From contig NC_086097.1 in the NCBI RefSeq assembly GCF_963921235.1, positions 172,362,001-172,426,000 on the forward strand: DNA of 64,000 nucleotides, in the 5' to 3' direction. The stretch comes from Mobula hypostoma (Eukaryota). Position numbers and translations under genes: made by a program. Positions 1 through 12,053 of the stretch are shown piece after piece (within the stretch, counting starts at the first letter, position 1; each line of letters begins with the position of its first letter). Under the pieces are notes generated by a model. That model was not told the DNA's origin and did not search any database. It saw only the letters and a list, made by a program, of their open reading frames with translations.

Positions 1-797
1 TTGAGTGCCAGGTTGTTGCCGTGGCACCATTCCACTAGATGGCATATCTCACTCCTGTATGCCCTCTCGTCACCACCTGAGATTCTACCAACAATGGTTG
101 TATTGTCAGCAAATTTATAGATGTTATTTGAGCCTAGCCACACAGTCATATGTATATAGAGAGTAGAGCAGTGGGCTAAGCACATACGCCTGAGGTGTGC
201 CAGTGTTGATCGTCAGCGAAGAGGATATGTTATCACCAATCCGCACAGACTGTGGTCTTCTGGTTAAGAAGTCAAGGATCCAATTGCAAAGGGAGGTACA
301 GAGGCCCAGGTTCTGCAACTTCTTAATCAGGATTGTGGGAATGATGGTATTAAATGCTGAGCTATAGTCAATGAACAGCATTCTGACATAGGTGTTTGTA
401 CTGTCCAGGTGGTCTAAAGCCATATGGAGAGTCATTGAGATTGCGTGTGCCATTGACCTATTGTGGTGATAGGCAAATTGCAATGGGTCCAGATCCTTGC
501 TGAGGCAGGAGTTCAGTCTAGTCATGACCAGCCTCTCAAAGCATTTCATCTCTGTCGATGTGAGTGCTACCAGGCGATAGTCATTAAGGCAGCCCACATT
601 ATTCTTCTTAGGCACTGGTATAATTGTTGCCTTTTTGAAGCAAGTGGGATCTTCCCCCTTAGCAGTGAGAGGTTGAGAATGTCCTTGAATACTCCCACTA
701 GTTGGTTGGCACAGGTTTTCAGAGCCTTACCAGGTACTCCATTGGGACTTTCTGGCTTGCAAGAGTTCACTCTCTTTAAAGACAGTCTAACATTGGC
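1..797 (-). mobile_element. Rex1/Babar-clade LINE fragment (RT region, frameshifted, 5'-truncated, continues left of window)
   Basis: ORFs 124..615 and 567..977 give RT motifs: [71 protein letters not shown]. Confidence 0.85.
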
Positions 798-1579
798 TTT
801 CTTGTAATTTATGGTAATCTTATATCTTTGTGCTGTACTGCAACTGCAAAGAAAAAATTTCACATTATATAAGTCAGTAATAATAACCTTATTCTGATTA
901 TGATTTAGACAGTTCTGATCACTCCACCTTGGAAGGCCCATAAGGGTCAAGGAGAGGGGGAAGAATATATTCACCAACAGACAACTTCAGACTGGAGAAT
1001 CTGTGTTTTTCTTTTTGATGTGGAAAAACAGATTGAATGAATTATTAGAGACATAGAAGATTCTAGTTGGTTTAACAAGGATAATCAGAGAAGTTATTTT
1101 CATTAGCAGATAGAGAATACATATTTAATATTTTGAACAGTATGTATAAGCTGGATGTTAGAAACAGATACAGAAGGGAAATAGGCTCTGAAATGCATGT
1201 CCACACTGATCATCACCTTACTACTAATGTGGAGAAAGCTCTTTTTACTCAGAGAGCTGTGATGGTCAGGAACTCACTGTTGTAGAGGTCATTCACAGCC
1301 TTCAGAAGGGAATCCAACGGACACTTGAGAAAGAATAATTTGTCAAGTTTGGCAAAGAGTGAATGAAAGGAATTGATGGGATTTTTCCACTTGACAGTGA
1401 CAGAGTGAAAGGAGCCGGCTAAACAGGCTGCGAAGCTGTGTTAGTTCAGTAATTGTATGATTCATCATAGTCTATAGATCCCGGTGCCACACTGTAACTG
1501 TGGCTAAGAGCAGGGCAGCACAGAAGTGGAAATGTTAACATTCGTTCACAGCTTTGTTCCAGTTGTGACAGATGACAGA

Positions 1580-2062
1580 TGATGCAGAAAAGATTCACAA
1601 GGATGGTGGCTGGTCAGGAGGGCTTGAGTTACAAGGAGGGACTAATTTGCCTGGGACTGCTTTCACCGGAGCGAAGGAAGCTGAGGGGCAGCCTTCAAGA
1701 GGTTTATAAAAACATGAAGGAAATACAGTGGATAAAATTGATTGTCACAGTCTTTGTGCAAAGGTAGGGGAGACTAAAACTAATGGGCATAGGTTTAAGC
1801 TGAGAGGTGAAAAATTTAAAGTGGATCTGAAGGGTAAGTTTTTCCACACAAAGTGTGGTGGATATGTGGGACAAGTTGCCAGAGGAAGTGGTAGACGCAA
1901 GTACCATTAGAATATTTAAAAGGCATTTGGACATTTTCATGGTTACGAAAAGTTCTGAGGGACATGGGCCAAGTTCAGGCAAATAGGACCAGTTCAGGAA
2001 GGCATGGACATGTAGGGCTGAAAGACCAGTTTGCATGCTATATAACTCTATGATTCCATAAC
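1580..2062 (+). mobile_element. Old CR1 LINE 3' fragment
   Basis: Degenerate QKRFTRMVAG..LSY.E.L..LGL, TNGHRFKL and FF....V motifs, ending in a CTCTATGA-type tail. Confidence 0.8.
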
Positions 2063-2687
2063 TAAAAGAGTTAATGACACCATTGTTTTATTCTTTGTTT
2101 TATTGACTAGGTGTGTGTGTTGCAGGCAAGCCTAAAGCTAGTGTCCAACTCTGATTGTTGTTCAGTTTGGTGGCAATTTAAACCCTTTCAGAGGGCAGGT
2201 AAGAATCAACTGCATTGAAGTTGTCCATTGAAGGCTGCCCCTCAGCTTCCTTCGCTCCAGGGAAAGCAGTCCCAGGCAAATTAGTCCCTCCTTGTAACTC
2301 AAGCCCTCCTGACCAGCCACCATCCTTGTCTGTCCAGAGTCACATGGATGATTGTTGTTTAAAAATTAATCTTTATGTTCTTCATGGAAGGAATTCTGTC
2401 ACAGATATTTGGGCTAAACAACAATCATCTTTAATAACCATGGACTTTCGAATTCTGATTATTAAGAATGGACTTTATTTATTTGGAGATACACTACGGA
2501 AACTGGCCCTTCTGGTCCCATGACCCCATGCTGCCCAATTACATCCACGTCTTGGAATGTGGGGGGAAAGCAGAGCGCCCAGAGAAGACCCACATGGTCT
2601 CAGGGTGAATCCATAAACTCCACACAGACAATGGCAGAATTGAACCTGGGTCACTGGTGCTGTCATAATGTTACGCTAACCATTACA

Positions 2688-3852
2688 GGTCCCACACAGG
2701 AGATTAGTGTGCAAACTTAAAGCACACGGTATTGGGGGTAAGGTATTGGTGTGGGTGGAGAATTGGTTAGCAGACAGGAAGCAAAGAGTGGGAATAAACG
2801 GGACCTTTTCAGAATGGCAGGCGGTGACTAGTGGGGTACCGCAAGGCTCAGTGCTGGGACCCCAGTTGTTTACAATATATATTAATGACTTGGATGAGGG
2901 AATTAAATGCAGCATCTCCAAGTTTGCGGATGACACAAAGCTGGGTGGCAGTGTTAGCAGTGAGGAGGATGCTAAGAGGATGCAGGGTGACTTGGATAGG
3001 TTGGGTGAGTGGGCAAACTCATGGCAGATGCAATTTAATGTGGATAAATGTGAAGTTATCCACTTTGGTGGCAAAAATAGGAAAACAGATTATTATCTGA
3101 ATGGTGGCCGATTAGGAAAAGGGGAGGTGCAACGAGACCTGGGTGTCATTATACACCAGTCATTGAAAGTGGGCATGCAGGTACAGCAGGCGGCGAAAAA
3201 GGCGAACGGTATGCTGGCATTTATAGCGAGAGGATTCAAGTACAGGAGCAGGGAGGTACTACTGCAGTTGTACAAGGCCTTGGTGAGACCACACCTGGAG
3301 TATTGTGTGCAGTTTTGGTCCCCTAATCTGAGGAAAGACATCTTTGCCATAGAGGGAGTACAAAGAAGGTTCACCAGATTGATTCCTGGGATGGCAGGTC
3401 TTTCATATGAAGAAAGACTGGATGAACTGGGCTTGTACTCGTTGGAATTTAGAAGATTGAGGGGGGATCTGATTGAAACGTATAAGATCCTAAAGGGATT
3501 GGACAGGCTAGATGCAGGAAGATTGTTCCCGATGTTGGGGAGGTCTAGAACGAGGGGTCACAGTTTGAGGATAGAGGGGAAGCCTTTTAGGACCGAGGTT
3601 AGGAAAAACTTCTTCACACAGAGAGTGGTGAATCTGTGGAATTCTCTGCCACAGCAAACTGTTGAGGCCAGTTCATTAGCTATGTTTAAAAGGAAGTTAG
3701 ATATGGCCCTTGTGGCTACAGGGGTCAGGGGGTATGGAGGGAAGGCTGGGTTCTGAGTTGGATGATCAGCCATGATCATAATAAATGGCGGTGCAGGCTC
3801 GAAGGGCCGAATGGCCTACTCCTGCACCTATTTTCTATGTTTCTATGTTTCT
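2688..3852 (+). mobile_element. Young CR1 (HER1-like) LINE, 5'-truncated
   Basis: Uninterrupted RT C-terminal frame, 3' stem-loop and (TTCTATGT)n tail; TSD ATTACA at 2682-2687 and 3853-3858. Confidence 0.95.
2689..3756 (+). CDS. CR1 ORF2 reverse transcriptase C-terminal fragment (transposon-derived, no native start)
   Basis: SGVPQGSVLGPQLF, KFADDTKL, QFNVDKC, LVRPHLEYCVQFWSP, RTRGHSL, FFTQRVVNLWNSLP. Confidence 0.85.
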   Translation, partial: VPHRRLVCKLKAHGIGGKVLVWVENWLADRKQRVGINGTFSEWQAVTSGVPQGSVLGPQLFTIYINDLDEGIKCSISKFADDTKLGGSVSSEEDAKRMQGDLDRLGEWANSWQMQFNVDKCEVIHFGGKNRKTDYYLNGGRLGKGEVQRDLGVIIHQSLKVGMQVQQAAKKANGMLAFIARGFKYRSREVLLQLYKALVRPHLEYCVQFWSPNLRKDIFAIEGVQRRFTRLIPGMAGLSYEERLDELGLYSLEFRRLRGDLIETYKILKGLDRLDAGRLFPMLGRSRTRGHSLRIEGKPFRTEVRKNFFTQRVVNLWNSLPQQTVEASSLAMFKRKLDMALVATGVRGYGGKAGF

Positions 3853-4289
3853 ATTACACTACTATGCTGCCCAATGCCGAATTTTAGTTCCCATCTATTG
3901 TGGGTTTATAATCTTCTTGCTTTAGACTTTTATGATCACATGTACCAGTAGACAAATCTGCAGTGACAGCAAAACCTGGAAAAAAATAGCTGAGGAACCA
4001 TGCCTCTGGAGTTATATAGCCCACAGAAATAGGTACTATGGCACAACTCGTATCTGCTGACCAAATGCCTTTATGAGCCAGTCCCACTTGCTTGTGCTTG
4101 GCCCACATCTCTAAACCTTTCCTATCCTGTCCAAGTGTCTTTTAAACATTTATTCACCTTTAACGCTTGCTCCTCCAGCTCATTCCACATACTGTGCCCA
4201 GCATCTTTTGTTGCCCCTCAGGTCTCTTTTAAATCCTTCCTCTCTCATTCAAACCTGTGACCTCTAGTTTTGCACTCCAGTGTAGTGGG

Positions 4290-6114
4290 AGGAAGGATAC
4301 CAAAAGTTTCTTCAGATACATGAAGTGTGAAAGAGAGGCGAGGCTGGATATCAGACCGCTGGAGAACAACACTGGAGAAATAGTAATGGGGGACAAGGAA
4401 ATGGCAGACAAACGGAATAAGTCTTTAGAGTCAGTCGTCACTGTGGAAGGCACTAGCAGTATGGTGGAATTACAGGTGTCAGGGATTATGAAGTGTGTGA
4501 AGTTACTATAACTAGAGAGAAGTTTCTTGGGAAAATGAAAGGTTTGAAGGTAGATAAGTCACCTGGACCAATTGGTTAACACTGCAGAGTTCTGAAAGAG
4601 GTAGCTGAAGAGATTGTGGAAGTATTAGTAATGATCTTTCAAGAATCACTAGGTTCTGGAATGTTCCCAGAAGACTGGAAAATTGCAGATGTCACTCTAC
4701 TCTTCAAAAAGGGAGAGAGGCAAAAGAAAGGACAGTTAGTCTGACCTCAGTGGTTGGGAAGATGTTGGAGCTGATTATCAAAGATGAGGTCTCAGGGTAT
4801 TTGGAGGCACATGATAAAATAGCTCAAAGTCAGCAAGGTTTCCTCAAGGGAAAATCTTGCCTGACAAATCTGTTAGAATTCTTTGAAAAAACAACAAGCA
4901 GGCTAGACAAAGGAGAATCTGTTAATATTGTGTACTTGGATTTCAGAAGGTCTTTGTAAAGGTGCTCAACAAGCTACAAGCCCATGGTATTACAGGAAAG
5001 GTTCCAGCCTGGATCAAGCAGTGGCTGATTGGCAGGAGGCAAAGAGTGGGAATAAAGGGAGCCTTTTCTGGTCAGTTGCAGTGACTAGTGGTGTTCCATG
5101 AGGGTCTGTGTGGGGACCAATTCTTTTTATGCTATATGTCAATGATTTGGAAGATGGAATTGATGGTATTGTTGCAAAGTTTGCAGACAATGTGAAGATA
5201 GGTGGAGGTGCTGGTAGCTTTGAGGAAGTAAAGAAGCTACAGAAGGACAGACAGATTCAGAGAATGGGCAAAGATGTGGCAAATGGAATGCAGTGTTGAG
5301 AAATGTATGGTCATTCACTTTTGTAGAAGAAATGAAAGGGTTGACTATTTTCTAAATGGAGAGAAAATACAAAAAACTGAAGCACAAAGGGACTTGGGAG
5401 TTCTTGTGCAGGATTTCCAAAAGTTTAATTTGCAGGTTGAGTCTGTGGTGAGGAAGGCAAATGTGATGTTAGCATTAATTTCAAGAGGACTAAAATATGA
5501 AAGCAAGGATGTAATGTTGAGATCTTATATAGCACTGGCGATGCTTCACTTGGAGTATTGTGAGCAGTTTTGGGCCCCTTATCCTCGAAAGGATGTGCTG
5601 AAATTGGAGAGGGTTTAAAGGAGGTTCACAAGAATGATACCAGGATAGAATGGCTTGTCATATGAGGAGCATTTGATGGGTCTGGGCCTGTATTCACCGG
5701 AATTCAGAAGAATGATGGCTGACCTCATTGAAACCTATTAAATGTTGAAAGGCCTTGATAGTGTGGATGCGAAGAAGATGTTTGGTATGGTGAAAGAGTC
5801 TAAGACTAGAGGACACAGTCTCAGAATAGAGGGGTGTCCTTTCAGAATGAAAATAATGAGGAATTTCTTTAGCCAGAGAGTGGTGAATCTATGGAATTCT
5901 TTGCCACAGGCAGCTGTGGAGGCAAAGTCTTAATGTATATTTAAGGCACAGATTGATAGATTCTTGATTAGTCAGGGAATGAAGGGATACAGGGAGAAGG
6001 CAGGAGATTAGGGCCGAGAGGAAAATTGGGAATCAGTCATGATGAAATGGTGGAGCAGACTCGATGGACCAAATGGCTTATTTCTGCTCCTATATCTTAT
6101 GGTCTTATGATCTT
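4290..6114 (+). mobile_element. Older degenerate CR1 LINE, inserted in a minus-strand CR1 fragment (~4030-6250)
   Basis: Broken ORFs 4257..5933 with GKSCLTNLLEFF, YLDF, KFADN, EYCEQFWAP; (TCTTATGG)n tail. Confidence 0.9.
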
Positions 6115-6399
6115 AAAAAGACTTAGGCATCTACCTAATCTCTAACCCTCATAATTTTGCAAACCACTTTAACATCACCCCCTCAGTCTCCTGCACTCCA
6201 ATGAAATAAAATCACCACTATTCCGCCCTCCAGTCCCAGCAACATCCTCATTCATGCAATTTTACAATGCTTCATGATTTACCTCATCACCCAATGAAAT
6301 ATTTTCACTTTCAGTCTTGCCTTTGCTTTCCAGCTTCTGGAAGTAAAAGTTAGAGCTCTCAGAAGGTTCAAGAGTTTGCTGGTTAGAATAATTGGTTAG

Positions 6400-7100
6400 A
6401 ATATGGAACCTAGAACAGCAGAGAAACAGGCCCTTCGTCCCACAATGCTGTGCCAAAAGAATCACATTGGTAATTAACAAATTTCACGTCACATGCCGGT
6501 GATAATAAACCTGATTCGGATTCTGAGTGCCCAGCTGAGCTAATCACTTCCTGCGTGTTGATTGGCTTATCTAAGAGCCTCTTGATCACCTCTATCGGAT
6601 CTGCCTCCACCACCCCGGTAGCACATACCGGGCACCAACCACTTGATGTGTAAGGACCTTGCTCCACACATATTTGAAATTATCCGCTCTCATCTTAAAT
6701 GCATGCTCTCTGCTATCAAACATTACAACCCTGGGGAAAAGATAGTGGCTGTTTCTCTATGCCTCTCATAATCTCTTTCTGATCTCCCTCAGCCTCACCC
6801 ACTGCACCGAAAACAACCCATGTGTGTCCAACCTCTCTTGATAGCACATGTTCTCTCAGCCAGGCAGCATCCTCGTAAACCTCCTTTGCACCCATTCCAA
6901 AGCCCTCACATCCCTCCTACAATGGGGAGACCAAAATTGAATGCATCATTCCACGTACAGCCTAACTAGAGTTTTATAAAGCTGCAACATAACTCATTCC
7001 CTCAGCTAATAAAGACAAGCATGCCAAATGCCTTCTTTATCACCCTATCAACCTGTGCCATCATTTTCTGGAAGCTATGGACTTAGATGCTAAGATCCCT
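6400..7100 (-). mobile_element. Old CR1 3' fragment with a short Rex-type 3' tail inserted at ~6470-6525
   Basis: Reverse-complement CR1 3' motifs; insert ACAAATTTCACG..GGTGATAATAAACCTGATTCGGATTCTG. Confidence 0.7.
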
Positions 7101-7649
7101 GTTAAAATTCTAGAGAATATAAGGTGAGATAGGTAAAATCAGAGGACATAAGTTGAGGTAAGTAAAGTCAGAGGATGTAGGCTAAGGATGAGGGGGAGGA
7201 GACTTAGAGGACACTTGAGATAAACCATTTTCATCCGGATAATGAAGTGACTGAGAGAATGGTTGAAGCTGAGCTATTGATAGAATTTAAGAAGTACTTA
7301 GATGCCCATGAGTATCATTTAAGTACAGACAGCTATGAATCAAAATCAGGGGCATTGGGACTAAAACAGAAGGGTCAATGTGGACGAGTTGGACTAAATG
7401 GTCTGTTTCCATGCTGTATGCTTCAATGATTCCATTGCCACCGGCAGGTCCCACTTCCTCCTCAGAAATATATCACGGCCTTTTGTCAGTGCTGGGTCTA
7501 GATCCTGGCATACTGGAGCAACATGTTCACCAAAATCCTTCTCAAGGGAAAATAAGAATGTGACTAATATGATTCAAAGGATTAAGAAAAAGGCTTGGAG
7601 ATATATATGAAGGAGAAGTTAGGCAGAAAGACCTAGGAAATTGATTTTT

Positions 7650-7853
7650 GTTTACTTAGCAATACAGTCCGGCCCTTCAGGCAGGGTCACCCCAACAAAC
7701 CTCAACAATGTGGGATGAAACAGGAACCGGGGGGAAACCCACGCACCACTGTGAGGACGTGCAGACTCCTTCCAGTGGTCACGAGGATTGAACTCCGAAC
7801 TACGACACCCTGAGCTATAATAGTGTTGTACTAACTGCCACGCTATCATGGTG
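7650..7853 (-). mobile_element. V-SINE (HE1-like)
   Basis: Minus strand has A-box-like TAGCGTGGCAGTTAG, B box GAGTTCAATCC and V-domain GGGTTTCCCCCCGGTTCCTGTTTCATCCCACA. Confidence 0.7.
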
Positions 7854-8429
7854 TAATTGTTTTCTGAGTTGCTCTTCCAAAGAGATGGCACAGCGACGAT
7901 AGGCTGAACGGTTCCGTTCTATGCCGTGTGACCGCATTCGATGCAGTCAAAACCCACACAGCAACAGAGTGGTGATAGTTTTCCCCTCGTTCCAAAGTAA
8001 TTTTGAAAGCTGTTGTTTTTTATGTAAAATTCTTTGATGACATAACCTAGACAGTGTCCAATGCAATTGCTTATTTCATTTCCTGTGTGCACTCACTCTA
8101 TAAATTGTTAAGCTTCTTAAATATTAAAAAGCAGGATTACAAGATATTATCTCTTTTCATAACATGAGTTGGCTGCCAGCCCTTTGTCCAGTTAAGATGT
8201 TCTTTATGCTTCCATAGTTCTCAAGGTATTCCACATGAAGACTGATACATTGCAGCACACAGTATTTGAGCCTAATTTCAGTGCAGTGTATTTCACAGCT
8301 GTTACTGGCAGGGTTTGACATTTGAACATTGGCAGCTCCCCCCACAATGTTGGTCAGTTCGATGTCTCTCTTTCAATTCTTGGTTCATGAATACTGTTCA
8401 GAGTCATAGAGCATAGAGAAGTAGCAGGA

Positions 8430-8960
8430 TCTAGACCTGATGGAAAAAAAGAGTTGAGAAATGGCAGCTAAGATTTAATGCAGACAAGTATGAGGTGTTG
8501 CACTTTGGGGAACATACCAGGGTAGGACTTAAACAGTGAACAGTAGGATACTAAGGAGTGCAGTAGAACAGAGGGATCTGGGACAACAGATCCAGAATTC
8601 CTTGAAATTGGCATCACAGATAGATAGGGCCGTAAAATTAGCTTTTGGCACATTGACCTTGAAAATTGAAAAAATCCAAAGAAAGTTTACAAGGGTGTTG
8701 CCAGGCCATGAGTTCCTGAGTTATAGGGAAAGGTCGAATAGGTTAGGACTTACTTCCTCGGAGCATAAGAGAACTGAGGGAAGATTTGATAGAAGTATAC
8801 AAAATCATGAGGGGTACAAGTAGGGTAAATGCAAGCAGGCTTTTTCCACTGAGGTCGAGGAGACTAAAATTAGAGGTCATGAGTTAAAGGTGAAAGGTAA
8901 AATTTTTCAGGGGAACATGAGGGGAATTTTCTTCACTCAGAGGGTGATGAGAGTGTGAAC
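8430..8960 (+). mobile_element. Old CR1 fragment with internal deletion
   Basis: FNADKYEVLHFG, EQRDLG, IQRKFTRVLPG, RGH.L, FFTQRV motifs. Confidence 0.8.
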
Positions 8961-9387
8961 GAAGTCTGTTCTTGAGTCTGGTTGTCCAGGTGTTCAATTA
9001 GAAAGTGACTAAAGAAATTGGATCTATATTATTTGGAGTTTAAAAGAATAAGGGGTGACCTTAAGAGGCACTTCTTTTGTTTCAAATGTCCTTAGAGAGC
9101 ACAGCAGGGTACATATTCCCATTTGCCAGCTGTCCTTGTCCTTTTTGATGTTAAAGTTCATATGTTTCTACTCTAAACCACTCATGGTCTTTGGAGAACA
9201 ATCTTAGACTCTCTACATAACCAAGCTCTGACTTTTTGCAGTAATCATGTAATTTTTTTTTCTGTACATCCTCCGAGCCGATGTAGTCCTGAGTCTAACG
9301 CTATAATAAACTGAAAAATATTAGCCTGTACGATAAATTGTAAAGTATTAGGAAAGCTTGGATAGGCCAGGGTTGTTTTTCTTTAAA

Positions 9388-10513
9388 GAGCTTGGGAAAA
9401 TGAGTGTGGCTGAAAATGGAGGGGAGGGAACGTCAACTCAGACCATGAGAGGCCTGCATCGTGTCATGGTCCAGTCTGTGAAGTCCGTATTCCGGTTCAC
9501 GGTCTGGTCCATCGACCCTTGCTCCAGGTTTTCCTGTCTACCCTGTTTCTGTTCTTGTTGAGCTCTAATTGAGACAGCTGATGCTCGTGGGGCTGGCTGC
9601 ATAAATACCTCCAGAGACCAGGGTGTGGCTGCTGGATTGTTCTTGTCCTTAGTCCTTGTATCCCTTCCTCTGCCTCCTGTTTCCTCGCCTGAAGCCCTGC
9701 CTTGTCTTGCCGGTAACTCTCGCCTCATCTGAAGTTCTTGTCTTGCCTTGCTTTGCCAAAAGCCTTGCCTTGTCTTGCCGGTAACTCTCGCCTCACCTGA
9801 AGTTCTCGTTTCGCCTTGCATTGCCTGAAGCCTTGCCTTGTCTTGCTGTCTTGTCCTGGAGCCACCCCGTACCTAGCTCCCTTCCTGTCCCTTGCCTCCG
9901 TCGGGTAAGCCAGGTCGTCTTGCCGTTACCTGCGGTTGGTTCTGACCCTTCCTGTCCCATGCCTCCGTCAGGTGGTGATCCGCGCCCTGCCCAGGAGGAG
10001 CCTGCCTAGCCTCAAGGCTGAAGACTCCAGCCTCCTGCCTCCTGCCAAGCCTCGTCTCTAGCCTCAAGCCTGAAGACTCCAGCTTCCTCTTGCCCGCCTG
10101 CCAAGCCTCGTCCTTGCCTAGTTCTGGGGTCCGAGCCAGAGGCGAGACCCAGGTACTGGGTCCTTGTCTAGTCTCTGGCTCAGAGTCCAAGCCCAGGCTC
10201 CTAGCTCTCTTGTCCAGTCCTGTTCCGGGTTCCCGGTTTTCGTGTCCATGTCCTTGCCCTCAGCCTGTATCCTAGTCCTGTCCCTAGTACTTCAGTGTCT
10301 GTATCTTGCACTTGGGTCCGTTCCCAGCCACCTCCTTATGACACATCGGGCATTTTCATGCCTTACAAGGCACAGATTGGAGGTCTGCGTGGGGCGCCAC
10401 TCCTCGTACAGACACGAGAGCAATGTGTGGTTAAGTGCCTTGCTCAAGGCCACAGCTGAGGCTCGATCTAGCCACCTTCAAATCACTAGGTGAATGCCTT
10501 AACCACTTGGCCA
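9388..10513 (-). mobile_element. tRNA-derived SINE (CORE-like), split by a solo LTR
   Basis: Minus strand starts TGGCCAAGTGGTTAAGG (A box), has B-box-like AGATCGAGCC, then CCTTGAGCAAGGCACTTAACC; resumes left of 9462. Confidence 0.65.
9462..10343 (+). mobile_element. Solo LTR (Gypsy-like) with internal tandem repeats
   Basis: TGTCA...TGACA termini; 5-bp TSD CATCG at 9457-9461 and 10344-10348; TATA-like CATAAATA near 9600. Confidence 0.9.
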
Positions 10514-11059
10514 ATGGAATTCAAGTTCAAATTCAACTTGAAGTTTACTTGTCATTTAACAATATATGCCAAATGAATCAGCATTCCTCCGGAACCAAGG
10601 TGACAGCACAGTGCCAACAGTCATACACAGCACAGGGCACATATAATTGCGATAGCAGTCACAAAGTCCATAAGTGTCATCTCCTGGAGATTGATGGTGT
10701 ATGGGGTGAGAAGGGCAAGAACAAGCCCGCAGCAATCCGATCATCATGTGCAGCCACAGACGAATGGAATTCAACTTGTCTTCCATTGAGTGAAAACTGG
10801 AGAGCTGCTCTGAAGGGAGGAACCAGCCTGCAATCTAGCATGGATGCCCACCACGCCATGCCACCCAGGCGTCTCCTCTCCTGGGTGGCTGCAACAAGCA
10901 ACCCCATGGCATGAGGGCCCGGTCCACACAACAACTGAAGCCATGCAGCTCCCCCACCATCCGTCTCACTAATGAACCAGTGAACCAGACCTGCAGGACT
11001 ACGTTACCAATGTCCAACAGGGTCTTGCAATCACAAGAAAAATGTCCAAGCCTATCATT

Positions 11060-11445
11060 TGACCCATTTGTTGGACCACGTAATCCCTAAATCAAAAATC
11101 TGTGAATCTCTGCAAATGTCTTGATGTCTACAGCTCTCTATAGCAGCAAATTTCATAGATTCACCATCCTCAGTCTGAAGAATTTCCTCCCCATCTCAGT
11201 TTTAAAGGGACCTCCCTTTATTCTGCGTCTGTGCCCTCAGATCCTGGTCTCTATTACTAATGGAAGCATCCTCTCCACACCCGCTCTATCCAGACCTTTC
11301 AATATGTGGTAGGTTTCAGTGTGATTCCCCCCTCATTCTTCTGAACTCCATCGAGCACAGGTCCAGAGACATCATGTGCTCCTAGTACATTAAACCTTTA
11401 ACTTCCAGGACCATTTTGGTGAACTTCCTCTGGACTCTCTTCAGG
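11060..11445 (-). mobile_element. Old CR1 fragment
   Basis: Reverse complement encodes degenerate RGHRRRIKG, FFRLRMVNLWNLL and VQRKFT motifs. Confidence 0.7.
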
Positions 11446-12053
11446 ATGTATGTCAAGAATGTGTTGATCTACACATTTCTGGAAGTGACAGATGGAAATG
11501 TGAACAACATCATCCATGGGGTTTTTAAAAGCTCAAGTGAGCAGGTTAAGGAACTAGGTAACCCTTTACCTATGAAACTAACATTGAAAGATAGAATAGG
11601 AACTGCAGATTAGGGTGGGTGAGTTCAATGACAAATCAGATAAAGAAAAGACAAATAACACACGATAGATTCTTCAGATGCTAGAAATCTTAAGCACACA
11701 CTCAAAATACTGGAGGAATTCAGCAGATCAAGCAGTATCTATGAGGGGAAATAAACAGTCAACCTTTTGGGCCGAGATCCTTCAACAGGACTGGAAACAA
11801 AAGGGCCAAAGCCAAAATAAAAAGGGGCAGGGAGGGGAAGGAGTACAAGCTGGCAGGTCATGGTTGAGACTAGGTGAGGTGGAAGATGGGTAGGTGGGGT
11901 AGGGGATATGAAGTAAGAAGCTGGGTGTCACAACCACGGATTTAGCAGCACAGCAGATTTGGCAATTGTGCTTGTGACCATGCATGTATCAGATAATTAT
12001 TATTAATAATTATTATTTCATAGTGATCGTATTTAACTCCATTTATTCCATCG

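Larger units (their letters stand above)
2475..3870 (-). mobile_element. tRNA-derived V-SINE (HE1-like), split by a young CR1
   Basis: Minus strand reads GGCAGCATAGTAGTGTAAT|GGTTAG (A box), GGTTCAATTC (B box), then V-domain-like GGGTCTTCTCTGGGCGCTCTGCTTTCCCCCCACA; the halves rejoin across the CR1. Confidence 0.75.

Noticed and set aside
2111..2198. Strong-looking acceptor and donor pair (TTGACTAG ... CAG|GTAAGA)
   Set aside because: The sequence resembles the reversed 3' end of an old LINE and gives no recognisable peptide
9438..10493. Several overlapping 60-130 aa ORFs
   Set aside because: Low-complexity translations of tandem repeats inside a solo LTR
10440..10513. tRNA-like A/B box sequences (also near 14980, 17179, 63910)
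   Set aside because: SINE heads continuing into SINE bodies; no complete cloverleaf
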